64,000 bases of DNA from a bacterium (GCA_030674455.1 JAUSGQ010000020.1:13461-77460), one strand, 5' to 3'. Positions 46,230-55,372 are shown, counted from the first letter of the stretch. Translations and numbers: made by a program. The notes: a model not told the origin generated them from the sequence alone.

Positions 46230-47613
46230 GCCTCCTACTTCAATGATGTCCGCTCCCTCGATGACGAATCGGGAACTTTGGCAAAACGCCCTCGTGCAAA
46301 TCGAGCTTGGGACATCCGAGGCAAGTTTTCGCACCTGGTTTCGCAACACAGACATCTCCAGCCGCGACGGAAGCACCGTGCATGTATCCGTTCCGAGCAA
46401 AATCGTTAAGGAATGGCTCGTAGAGAAGCACCACAAGCTCATTTTGAAGGCGCTCCGCACGCTCGATAGCACGATCCGGACCGTCGAATACACCGTCCAC
46501 CGCTCCGCGACACCGCCGGCAGTTGAAAGAAAGCCCGGACGAGCCCCGTCTCCGGAAAACGCGTCGTTCGACCTCCAGTCTCTCTACATCGACAAGCGCG
46601 ACAACCTGAATCCGCGCTACACATTCGAGACATTTGTCGTCGGCCCGTTCAACCAGCTCGCTCACGCGGCAGCAAAAGCCATCCTCGAGCGTCCGGGACA
46701 GATTTACAATCCGCTTTTTATATATGGCTCGACCGGACACGGCAAGACTCACCTCATACAAGCTATCGGCAACTACTTCAAGAAGGCGCATGCCAACAAA
46801 AAAGTGCTGTATGTTACATCTGAGCGCTTCGCGGTCGATTACATCAACGCGGTTCGCGCCGGCCGCGCGAACGGATTCAAAGACCAGTACCGGCAGTATG
46901 ACGTTTTGATAATGGATGACGTCCAATTCATCGCGAATACCGAAAAAACACAGGAGGAACTCTTCCATTTGTTCAACGCGCTCCACGACAACAACAAGCA
47001 GATAGTTTTCTCGTCCGACAAGCACCCGAATTTCCTCCCCGGCTTCGAAGAACGGCTGCGCGGCCGCTTCTCCGCCGGGATGATCGCGGAAATTCCTGAA
47101 CCCGATATTGAGTCTAGAACGGCTATAATCAAGGCTAAAATCGAGCAACATGGATTCAATATTCCCGACGACATAATCCAGTACATCGCCGAGAGCGTAC
47201 GCGGCAACATACGGGAACTTGAGGGCGTCCTTAATATGATCGTCTGCAAATCCCAGCTCAAGGGCAAGGCGGTTTCTCATGCGGACGTGCGGGCGCTGGT
47301 GAAGCACAATATAAAACCGAACAAGGGAGTCTCAATTGAGGAAGTCGTGCGCAGAATTTCCTTGTATTACGAAATCCCGGAAAAAAGTATTTACGAAAAA
47401 ACCCGCAAGAAAGAAGTTGTTAAGCCGCGGCAGATAATCATGTATATGCTTCGTGAAGAATTCAATGTTTCGTATCCGTCGATAGGGGAAAAGCTTGGCG
47501 GACGCGACCATACCACGGTTATTCACTCATGCGAAAAAATAAAACATGAAATAAAGACCAACACGTCGCTAGAGCAAGAGGTCGAGCACATACGCTCTCT
47601 CATTCACTCGTAG
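46228..47613 (+). CDS. dnaA: Chromosomal replication initiator protein DnaA
   Basis: AAA+ Walker A GSTGHGKTHL, Walker B LIMDDVQF, sensor/box VII, and the C-terminal HTH DnaA-box-binding domain (GGRDHTTVIHSCEKI). True start may be an internal Met (MMSAPS / MTNRELW). Confidence 0.95.
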   Translation: MPPTSMMSAPSMTNRELWQNALVQIELGTSEASFRTWFRNTDISSRDGSTVHVSVPSKIVKEWLVEKHHKLILKALRTLDSTIRTVEYTVHRSATPPAVERKPGRAPSPENASFDLQSLYIDKRDNLNPRYTFETFVVGPFNQLAHAAAKAILERPGQIYNPLFIYGSTGHGKTHLIQAIGNYFKKAHANKKVLYVTSERFAVDYINAVRAGRANGFKDQYRQYDVLIMDDVQFIANTEKTQEELFHLFNALHDNNKQIVFSSDKHPNFLPGFEERLRGRFSAGMIAEIPEPDIESRTAIIKAKIEQHGFNIPDDIIQYIAESVRGNIRELEGVLNMIVCKSQLKGKAVSHADVRALVKHNIKPNKGVSIEEVVRRISLYYEIPEKSIYEKTRKKEVVKPRQIIMYMLREEFNVSYPSIGEKLGGRDHTTVIHSCEKIKHEIKTNTSLEQEVEHIRSLIHS

Positions 47614-47827
47614 TGTGTTGATATGGTGTGGAAATCAATCTCACAACATCCGTATAGCCATCGAGAAAAATATAAAATTTAAAATAAAATCTAACAACTC
47701 TAAGCTATCAACATATCTTCAACACTCGAAGAACCTAAAATACCACCCATCTTCATCGTAAAATCATCTTATACACACAATACACAGACATAGTAGTAAT
47801 AGTATTTTATATATATAAAAAGTATTT

Positions 47828-48925
47828 ATGCATCTAACAACTACCAAGGAACAAATTCTTTCAGCATCGGTAATAGCAGAACGGATAGTCGGGAAAAAAG
47901 AATCTCTTCCGATATTATCCTGTATTTTTTTAGATGCCGGTAGCGGTTTATCAGTCCAATCAACCAATTTAGAAGCTGGTGTTGATATAGCGGTTGCCGC
48001 AGAGATTAAGGAGAAGGGGGTAATTGCGATTCCGGCCACAATATTTTCACAAACGATCAAATCCATTAACAGCGACAGAGTTGTGCTGAAAACAGAATCG
48101 GAAAACTTAGTTGTCGAATCACGCGGCGCGAGAACCTTGATAAAGGCGATCCCCCATGAGGAATTTCCAAAACTATCATGGGATAACGGTAAAAAAGGTA
48201 TTGCAGTTCAGCGATTAACGCTCATAAAAGGTATTCAATCAGTCTTGTATTCCGCTTCCCACTCAATGATACGGCCAGAACTTGGAAGTGTTTACATATC
48301 AATAAAAGGAGGGCAGATTACGTTTGCGGCCACGGATTCATTCCGTCTCGCGGAAAGGTCTATAAAAGGACATTCGTCGTCCGAGGAGGGTGAATTTCTC
48401 ATTCCATCGAAGCATGCCGCGGAACTTGTGTATGTTTTGGAACGCGGCGCCAGTGAAAACGTAAAAATACAAGCATCCGACGCACAGCTTGTTGTTGTAG
48501 CGGACGGAACGCGATTCGCCGCGCGCGTTGTCGAGGGAGTATTTCCCAACTACACCGAGATTATTCCAAAGCAATTCACTACAGAGGCGACACTGCTCAA
48601 GAATGACTTTGCGGAGATGTTGCGGAAGGCGCGCGTGTTTTCCGGAAACGACCAGCATGTGGGGCTTCACGTGTATCCAAAAAAGAAAATTTTTTCCGCT
48701 ACTGCGCAGAGCCCAGATGTAGGAGAAACATCAGATTCTATTGATGCGGCCGTATCCGGAGAGGACATAGATATAAATTTCCACATCGGCTATCTTGCGG
48801 ACTGTATTCCGTCGATTGATTCCGACAGCATCACGCTTGGTTTCTCCGGCCCGAGCAAACCACTTGTCATTCGAGGAGCATCCGACATCGGCTTCACGTA
48901 TCTTGTGATGCCACTGAATAGGTGA
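47828..48925 (+). CDS. dnaN: DNA polymerase III beta subunit (sliding clamp)
   Basis: 365 aa with a three-domain clamp pattern, directly downstream of dnaA. Confidence 0.85.
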   Translation: MHLTTTKEQILSASVIAERIVGKKESLPILSCIFLDAGSGLSVQSTNLEAGVDIAVAAEIKEKGVIAIPATIFSQTIKSINSDRVVLKTESENLVVESRGARTLIKAIPHEEFPKLSWDNGKKGIAVQRLTLIKGIQSVLYSASHSMIRPELGSVYISIKGGQITFAATDSFRLAERSIKGHSSSEEGEFLIPSKHAAELVYVLERGASENVKIQASDAQLVVVADGTRFAARVVEGVFPNYTEIIPKQFTTEATLLKNDFAEMLRKARVFSGNDQHVGLHVYPKKKIFSATAQSPDVGETSDSIDAAVSGEDIDINFHIGYLADCIPSIDSDSITLGFSGPSKPLVIRGASDIGFTYLVMPLNR

Positions 48926-49030
48926 AAGGTGTCAGACAAATAGGTGTCAGGTTCCAGCTGTCAGGTGTCAGGAGTATCCGAACCACAAGTATTTTCCTGT
49001 AACCTGTAACCTAAAACCTGTAACCTGATT
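48926..49030. repeat. Empty copy of the GGTGTCAGGT ... AACCTGTAACCT inverted-repeat element between convergent dnaN and PBP1A
   Basis: GGTGAAAGGTGTCAGACAAATAGGTGTCAGGTTCCAGCTGTCAGGTGTCAGG ... CCTGTAACCTGTAACCTAAAACCTGTAACCTG. Confidence 0.5.
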
Positions 49031-51468
49031 TCATTGAATCGTAAACGAAACTGTTTGTTCCGCGTTACCGAGAGAGCTTTCTGCAACGGCGCGCAATACT
49101 GCGGGTCCGTGCGTCGTCGGCATAAAAGAAACGGAATACGGAGGCGTTGTGGCGCTTCCTATAAACTGGCCATTCAGGTAGTAAGCGACACGCGATACGC
49201 TTTCGGGACGAGGGTGCATTGAGGAAATAGGAAATGAGGCGAACCCCGAGACACTAATGCCATTTTGCGGGCTCAAAATTACGAATTGACCCGGGGCTCC
49301 CGCGGCTGGAGTTGGCGCGGGCGCAGATGATACCTCCTCTGCAAATGGGGCAGGATTGGCGCTTGCCCACACCTGCACTGGATATTCCCAGCGTGCGAAT
49401 TGCGGGTCGGCGTATGGGTTTGAGGGCGGGCCGGAGCGCGGGTCGCCTTTGTTTATCCAATAGAGGATGTCGTGTATGCCCTGCGCGGGATTGCTGTTCC
49501 AGCTTCCCCGCAAAACCGGCGGCAAAGAATCAAGGTCTGTGTCGGGAGAAGGAGGTGGAAACTCCACAGACTGATATTTAGTGAGAGCGTATGCAAAAAC
49601 TTCATGCCACATGGGCGCAACGATAAATGCCGCTATCTTTTTTACCATCGGACTATTGTCATTGTTGCCGGCCCACGCGCCCATCGCAATTCCGGGCGTG
49701 TAGCCGATTATCCATGCGTCATGGAAATCATTCGTGGTGCCTGTTTTATCTGCTACCTGGAACCCTGGGAAGTAGAGGGGAGAGTTGGCGCCGAATTCCG
49801 GAGTCCGCGCGACGTTGTCGGAGAGGATATCGTTCATCTGGCGCGCGATTTGGCTGTCGATGACGCGCACGCTCTGTTCCGCATAACTCTCGAGGATGTT
49901 TCCCGCGCTGTCCTTTACTGTAAGTATCGGCGTCGGCGGATTGCGCACGCCGTCATTGGCGAATACGCCGTATGCGCCTGTCATCTCAAGAAGGCTTACC
50001 TCGCCGCCTCCCAATACGAGCGTTAATCCGTACTGGTCTTTGTCTCCCAGCGTTGTAATTCCCATGTCGCTTGCTGTTTTTAGGGAATCTGTTATTCCCG
50101 CGAGATAGAGAGTTTTAATTGACGGTACGTTTATTGATTGCGCAAGAGCATTGCGCAGCGTTATCGGCCCGCGGAACTTTTCGTCGTAGTTACCCGGCGA
50201 GTAGCAGGGAGCCTGGTTGTTCGTATAATCAGCCGGCTGGCAGAAGGTCGAGAACTGTGTCTGCAGGTCAAACACCACGGTGTCCGGCGTGTAGCCCTTT
50301 TTAAATGCGGTCGCGTATACAAACGGCTTGAAGGATGATCCCGGTTGGCGATTGGCGAGAGTGACATTCACCATACCGTCGATATTTGGGTCAAAATACC
50401 CGCGCGAGCCAACCATGGCGAGGATTTGTCCGGACTTCGGCTCTACCGCGACGAGACCCGCGTTCGAGGCATTGAAATTCTTTTCATTTTGAAGAGCGGT
50501 TTTGGAAACAACCTCTTCAGCTTTCTTTTGCAGGTCATAATCGAGCGTTGTTATGACCTGAAGACCGCCGCTTGCAACGGCATCAGCCCCGTACTTTTCT
50601 TCCAAGTATTCACGCACATAAAATACGAAATGGGGAGCCTTGATGCCTGCCTCTGCTTCATCCCTGAACGCTACCGTTTCATTTCTGGCACTCTCATATT
50701 CCGCGTCATCAATAAATCCGTTCTCTTTCATTTTTAGAAGCACGAGATTTTTCCGGCCTTCCAATTCGTCGCGGTGTCTGCCGTACGGAGAATAGCGCGT
50801 CGGAGCCTGGGGGAGCGCCGCCAGGTATGCGGCCTGCGCGAGGTCCACATCTTTCGCGTCGATGCCGAAGAAATATTGGCTCGCTTCCTCTACCCCATAA
50901 ATAGTCCCGCCGTACGAAGTTTCATTCAGATAGATATAGAGAATCTCATCTTTAGAATAAATGCGCTCAAGCCGTATTGCGAGAATGATTTCTTTCAGCT
51001 TGCGAATGATGGTTTTGTCCCGCGTAAGAAGCGCATTTTTTACGACTTGTTGCGTGATGGTGGAGCCGCCCTGCACGAAACCGCCGGAAAAGATATTTAC
51101 GAGCATGGCGCGCGCAAACGAAAGCGGGCGGAAACCGAAATGCTGGTAAAATGTGGCATCTTCGATGGCAATAGAGGCGTTCCTGATATTTACCGAGATG
51201 GCATCAAAGGGAACCGTGGTGCGGCGCATCGCGCCATGCACGTCGTAGAGGAGTATGTTTCCTGTACGGTCGTATATTTTTGTGGATTCATCCACTCTGC
51301 GGTTCTGAAAATTCTCCAGCGAGGGAATTGAGACAACGGCGCCCCACGCGGCCACGATGCCGACGATGAGCATGCTTAGGATAAAAATTGCCGCAAGCGA
51401 CATTTTGATTGCCTGAAAGAGATTGGCGCGTGAAAAATCTTTGCCGTAGCGGTTATATTTTGAGGACA
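49031..51468 (-). CDS. Penicillin-binding protein 1A (bifunctional glycosyltransferase/transpeptidase)
   Basis: GT51 motifs (EDATFYQHFGF, GGSTITQQVVKN, RKLKE) and transpeptidase SSFKPF, SIN and KTGTT, with an extra C-terminal domain. Start set at MSSKYNRYG (51468), because the upstream ORF extension translates the TIR element. Confidence 0.9.
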
Positions 51469-51482
51469 TGTTGGGTGGATTG

Positions 51483-51622
51483 TACCCGGTTAGCATACTT
51501 TGGCATAGTTTCTGCCGTCCTTCACCGCGCCTTCGTCTAAAAATCTTCTCCCGGTGCAATTCGAACGATTATATGTATAAAATCACAACCGAGGCGATGC
51601 CAAAGTGTTCTACCGGGTGTAC
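51483..51622. repeat. TIR element family 'A' copy 7
   Basis: TACCCGGTTAGCATACTTTGGCAT (51483-51506) and ATGCCAAAGTGTTCTACCGGGTGTA (51598-51622). Internal AGTTTCTGCCG and ACAACCGAGGCGATGCC are conserved. Confidence 0.8.
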
Positions 51623-51687
51623 AAAAAACAGCCTGTTGCTAACAGCGGAAATTTGTGGCATCTTCAGGTATTCGTCCTCTTCGCTTC

Positions 51688-52713
51688 ATGGAAACAAAAC
51701 TCAAATACGGAGAAAATCCCCACCAAAAAGCGACCGCGAAGAGCCGCCCAACTACAGACCCCCTTGCCATAGGCAATTTCCAGCGTGAAGATGGCAGTCC
51801 ATTTGTGGGTGAAGGCACGAGCTGGATTTCTATAACCGACCTCGGACGCCTTCTGCAAGTTGTAGAAAGATTCGCCGCCGCTTATCGAAAGAATGTCGGC
51901 AGCGCGCTCCCCAATGTCGCCATTATCGTTAAGCATGGCAGCCCGTGTGGCGCTTCGTTCGGGGACGATACGGAAAAGGTGGCGGGCAATATGTGGCTTG
52001 GTGACCCCCAAGCGGCCTTCGGCGGAGCCATCGTTGTCTCGTTTCCGTTCACTTCAAGAATTGCGGATGCTCTCGCGAAGGCAAACGGCGGGAAGATTCC
52101 TTTCATCAGCGCGATTGCGGCTCCTTCTTTCGAAAAGGGCTTAACCGAGAAAATCGGCGCAAAAAGCAAGGGAACGCACTTCATATCGAACAAAGCGCTC
52201 GCGAAAATTCCTGCCGAAATTTCATCGCTGCCGGAAATTAAGTCGGTGCGCGACCATGTGCTTGAACAAACGGCCCCGCAATTCGTTCCGGACTTCGCAA
52301 ACATGGAATATCACGGCCCCACGTTCTCGGATGAGGATAAGAAACAAATTTTTGCAGACCTTTCGCTCGCATATGCCGTGTGTTCCGCGAGTACGAGCAA
52401 TACTGTTTCACTAGTGCGCGGCGGAATGTTGATTGGAAATGCGGTAGGCCAGCAGAAGCGAGTGGGAAGCGCGAAGCTTGCCCTAGGGCTCGCGCGTGGG
52501 AGCGGCCACGAGACGAAAGGCGCCGTAGCCGTCTCCGACAGCTACTTTCCATTTCCCGACGGCGTAGAGGCACTGGCAGAGGGAGGAGTGAGAGCGATTT
52601 TCTGCACTTCCGGCTCCGTGCGCGATGGGGCTGTGTTCGCACGAGCCAAGGAATTAAATGTCGGAATGTTTACTGTGCCGGATAAGGAGGGAAGAATGTT
52701 CGCGGGACACTAA
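51688..52713 (+). CDS. AICAR formyltransferase-domain protein (PurH C-terminal domain only)
   Basis: KYGENPHQ and the downstream AICARFT pattern are present. It lacks the ~200-aa N-terminal IMP cyclohydrolase/MGS-like domain of bifunctional PurH. Confidence 0.7.
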   Translation: METKLKYGENPHQKATAKSRPTTDPLAIGNFQREDGSPFVGEGTSWISITDLGRLLQVVERFAAAYRKNVGSALPNVAIIVKHGSPCGASFGDDTEKVAGNMWLGDPQAAFGGAIVVSFPFTSRIADALAKANGGKIPFISAIAAPSFEKGLTEKIGAKSKGTHFISNKALAKIPAEISSLPEIKSVRDHVLEQTAPQFVPDFANMEYHGPTFSDEDKKQIFADLSLAYAVCSASTSNTVSLVRGGMLIGNAVGQQKRVGSAKLALGLARGSGHETKGAVAVSDSYFPFPDGVEALAEGGVRAIFCTSGSVRDGAVFARAKELNVGMFTVPDKEGRMFAGH

Positions 52714-52799
52714 ACCAGCGAAGCTGGAATTTGCAAACGCTAAATACCAATTTGCAAAGAAATCACAAGAATTAAAACCCAAACGAGATTCTGGAAATT

Positions 52800-52830
52800 G
52801 AGACTTGGAATTTTGTTTGCAAATTGCAAA
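52800..52830. repeat. 31-bp repeat CTTGGAATTTTGTTTGCAAATTGCAAATTGG (reverse complement of 22668-22698)
   Basis: Exact match to the purA-upstream repeat. Confidence 0.6.
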
Positions 52831-52845
52831 TTGGATTTTGCAAAT

Positions 52846-53322
52846 TTATCTTCTGTGTCTGGCCAAATGCGTAACGCCCACCGCTATCGCGTCGTACTCG
52901 TCGTCATATTTAATTTCTTTTTCGATTTTCACAAGCGCGTGCAGCATTTTGGCCACTTGTTGTTTGCCCGCACCGCCATGGCCTCCGGCGGCGCTTTTGA
53001 TTTCTCCCGGAGTGTATTCAAAAACCGGAATACCGAGACTCGTCGCCGCCTGTATGAGCGCTCCGCGCACTTCGGCGACGCGCATCACCGTCTTTTGATT
53101 TGTGCTGAAATAGAGTTTCTCCAACGCAACCGCCTCCGGTTTATAGATATTTGCCAGCCGCGTGCATTCATTGGCGACGATTCCAAGTCGCGCAGTAAAT
53201 TCAGTATCTTTTGACGTTTCTATGCACGCGGAATAAAGCAGTGTTTCTTTTTCCCCGCCAACGCGCTCAAGCACCGCGACTCCACATCTGCCGTAACCGG
53301 GGTCAATGGCAAGAACTTTCAT
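52846..53322 (-). CDS. ruvC: Crossover junction endodeoxyribonuclease RuvC
   Basis: MKVLAIDPGYGRCGVAVLE with catalytic Asp/Glu pattern. Length 158 aa. Confidence 0.9.
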   Translation of the reverse strand: MKVLAIDPGYGRCGVAVLERVGGEKETLLYSACIETSKDTEFTARLGIVANECTRLANIYKPEAVALEKLYFSTNQKTVMRVAEVRGALIQAATSLGIPVFEYTPGEIKSAAGGHGGAGKQQVAKMLHALVKIEKEIKYDDEYDAIAVGVTHLARHRR

Positions 53323-53375
53323 ACATGCAGTATAGCCCGACAATGTAGCGCTCAGAGTAAAAGACCCTTGACCCG

Positions 53376-53789
53376 ATGTTCCATATCCCTATACTTAGTT
53401 ATATGACTAAGTATTGGAATGCTGAACGGGTACAAAGGGTAAGGCAAAGAAAGGTCAAAGCAGCCGCGCACGAGGCCGAACGGGCAAAATCCTTGCGCGA
53501 ACAACAACGTACTTATACGCAAGGAGATTCCCAAAAAAATTCCAACCTAATGCTGGACGCCCTCGGTCTTCCGCTCCGACGGCAAATGGCCGCACGCCTG
53601 CGTGAAGGCGGGGCGATGTCACTTTCGAAGCTTGTAGAACCATTTAGCATCACATTGCCAACCGCGCTCGTGCATTTGGAGGCGCTTGAGCGAGCGGGGA
53701 TTGTCGTTACTCATAAACACGGACGTGTGCGCATGTGCGTATACAACAAAAAGGCTCTCGAAGAGCTTGCGGCTTGGCTTACCAAATAG
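53376..53789 (+). CDS. ArsR-family HTH transcriptional regulator
   Basis: LDALGLPLRRQMAARLREGGAMSLSKLVEPFSITLPTALVHLEALERAGIVV matches the ArsR/SmtB wHTH pattern. Confidence 0.65.
   Translation: MFHIPILSYMTKYWNAERVQRVRQRKVKAAAHEAERAKSLREQQRTYTQGDSQKNSNLMLDALGLPLRRQMAARLREGGAMSLSKLVEPFSITLPTALVHLEALERAGIVVTHKHGRVRMCVYNKKALEELAAWLTK
53391..53414. promoter_or_regulatory. Palindrome ATACTTAGT-tatatg-ACTAAGTAT at the 5' end of the ArsR-family gene
   Basis: 9-bp perfect arms. The related 19-bp-arm palindrome AATCCCGATACTTAGTTAAT|TAACTAAGTATCGGGATT lies 3' of the gene (53801-53838). Confidence 0.45.
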
Positions 53790-53800
53790 GCGAAATATTA

Positions 53801-53838
53801 AATCCCGATACTTAGTTAATTAACTAAGTATCGGGATT
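53801..53838. terminator. Perfect 38-bp palindrome between convergent ArsR-family gene and yebC (bidirectional terminator and/or operator)
   Basis: AATCCCGATACTTAGTTAATTAACTAAGTATCGGGATT shares its GATACTTAGT core with the upstream site. Confidence 0.5.
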
Positions 53839-53865
53839 GATGGAAATTATATTTAGTTACTTCAG

Positions 53866-54396
53866 TTACTCTGCGTTGGTGAATACTTCCTCCACATCGT
53901 CGTGGTCGTCTATTACTCCGAGGACCCTCATGAGCTTTTCGCTGTCGGCTTCGGATAGTTTAACTTCCGTCTTTGGCGCGTAGCCGTCGGCAGTTTTTTC
54001 AAATGCCCACATGGCGCTGCCAGGTGAGGCGAGCGTAAGACCGATATCCCCCAGCAGGTGTTTAATTTCTTGCGATGTTCGATTGTGGCTGTCGGTAAGA
54101 GCGACAATTAAAATTGCGACGCCTCCCGGCCCGTAGGTTTCATATACGACAGTGTCCAGCGAGCCGGAATCGGCAGAAATACCTTTCGCGACAGCACGGT
54201 CAATGTTTTCTTTCGGCATGTTCGCTCCGCGCGCTTTCTCGATTACCGTCCTAAGCCCGGGCGAAGTGACATCGCCGTTTGCTTTCTTGGACTCAACGGA
54301 AATTCGCTTGGAGAGTTTGCCCCACACATTGCTTTTCACAGCATCTGCCGCGCCTTTGCGATGTTTTATTTGCGACCATTTATTGTGTCCGGACAT
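53866..54396 (-). CDS. yebC: YebC/PmpR-family transcriptional regulator
   Basis: MSGHNKWSQIKHRKGAADAVKSNVWGKLSKRI and ...KARGANMPKENIDRAVAKG are near-canonical. Confidence 0.9.
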   Translation of the reverse strand: MSGHNKWSQIKHRKGAADAVKSNVWGKLSKRISVESKKANGDVTSPGLRTVIEKARGANMPKENIDRAVAKGISADSGSLDTVVYETYGPGGVAILIVALTDSHNRTSQEIKHLLGDIGLTLASPGSAMWAFEKTADGYAPKTEVKLSEADSEKLMRVLGVIDDHDDVEEVFTNAE

Positions 54397-54601
54397 ATCT
54401 TAGAGTTTCTTAATGAGCGAAGCGAGTTTAGAAAGCTCTTAGACCCCGCCCCACTTTTCACGGTAATTTACCCTACAGCGATTGTATATCATGGTGATAG
54501 TCAATCAAGTTATTACACGCACCGAAAATAAAAAAAGTGATGTGGGGTGGATGAATTTATTAGGTTATAGGGAATAGTAAACAATGCAAAACTGCACGAC
54601 G

Positions 54602-54949
54602 TCAATGTTTCGTTCTGATGTCCTTAGGCAATGCCATCAATGCATTTTGGTTTGCGGCTATGCCGCATATTGTTTCAATTATTTTTTCATGGATAGTTTC
54701 GGCCTTTTCTCTAAGGCCGTTCATCCTTTCCGTTCCTTTATTCTCGAGTTGAAGAACGGTGTTCTTTACATGCTCCTCTTCTAAATCGTGTAGTTGTTTT
54801 TTCAACTTTGTCAGATTGTTTATATACGTTACCTCCCTTGAGTTTACGGGTGATCGCCATGTACTAGGATTTTCAAAATTGTGCATAGAAACAGAGTATA
54901 AACGCCAGATTATAGGGAATAGTGGAAAATGCAAAGTATTGTCGTTCAT
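54602..54949 (-). CDS. Hypothetical coiled-coil protein
   Basis: Charged heptad-like sequence. True start may be MHNFENP (54886). Confidence 0.4.
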   Translation of the reverse strand: MNDNTLHFPLFPIIWRLYSVSMHNFENPSTWRSPVNSREVTYINNLTKLKKQLHDLEEEHVKNTVLQLENKGTERMNGLREKAETIHEKIIETICGIAANQNALMALPKDIRTKH

Positions 54950-55275
54950 TACTCGATTTTTTTATTAGCGAGTTTGGCAAGCTTTTTCTCACACTCTATT
55001 TTATTTATAAGAGTTTCTCTTATTTTCGATTGAAGCTTCTCAGCAGCATGTTGTTGCGACCGAAGTTCTCCCGCTTTCTCCTCAATCACTGTTAGCTCTG
55101 AAGTTTCTTGTGATTGCCTCTCGATATCAGCTTGAACTTTATTGTTTTCGAACAGAGCTTTTTGTAATAGAGACAAATCAACATCAAGCTGTCTTAGCTG
55201 AAGCTCAATCCTTAGTTCTTGGCGTTCCTGTAGATTTTTTTGTCTTTGTGATTTAGGAGGTTGTAGCTTGTCCAT
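54949..55275 (-). CDS. Hypothetical coiled-coil protein
   Basis: 108 aa and highly charged (ELRIELQLRQLDVDLSLLQKA...). Confidence 0.4.
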   Translation of the reverse strand: MDKLQPPKSQRQKNLQERQELRIELQLRQLDVDLSLLQKALFENNKVQADIERQSQETSELTVIEEKAGELRSQQHAAEKLQSKIRETLINKIECEKKLAKLANKKIE

Positions 55276-55372
55276 ACCAGCAGATTATATGGAACATAGA
55301 GAAAATCAAAGGTGGCAAAGTAGACTGTTGAATAATTAAACGGGGCATGTGCGTGATCATGCCCCGTCGCTC

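Noticed and set aside
46240-47307. 355-aa minus-strand ORF inside dnaA
   Set aside because: Antisense of a canonical dnaA. Spurious.
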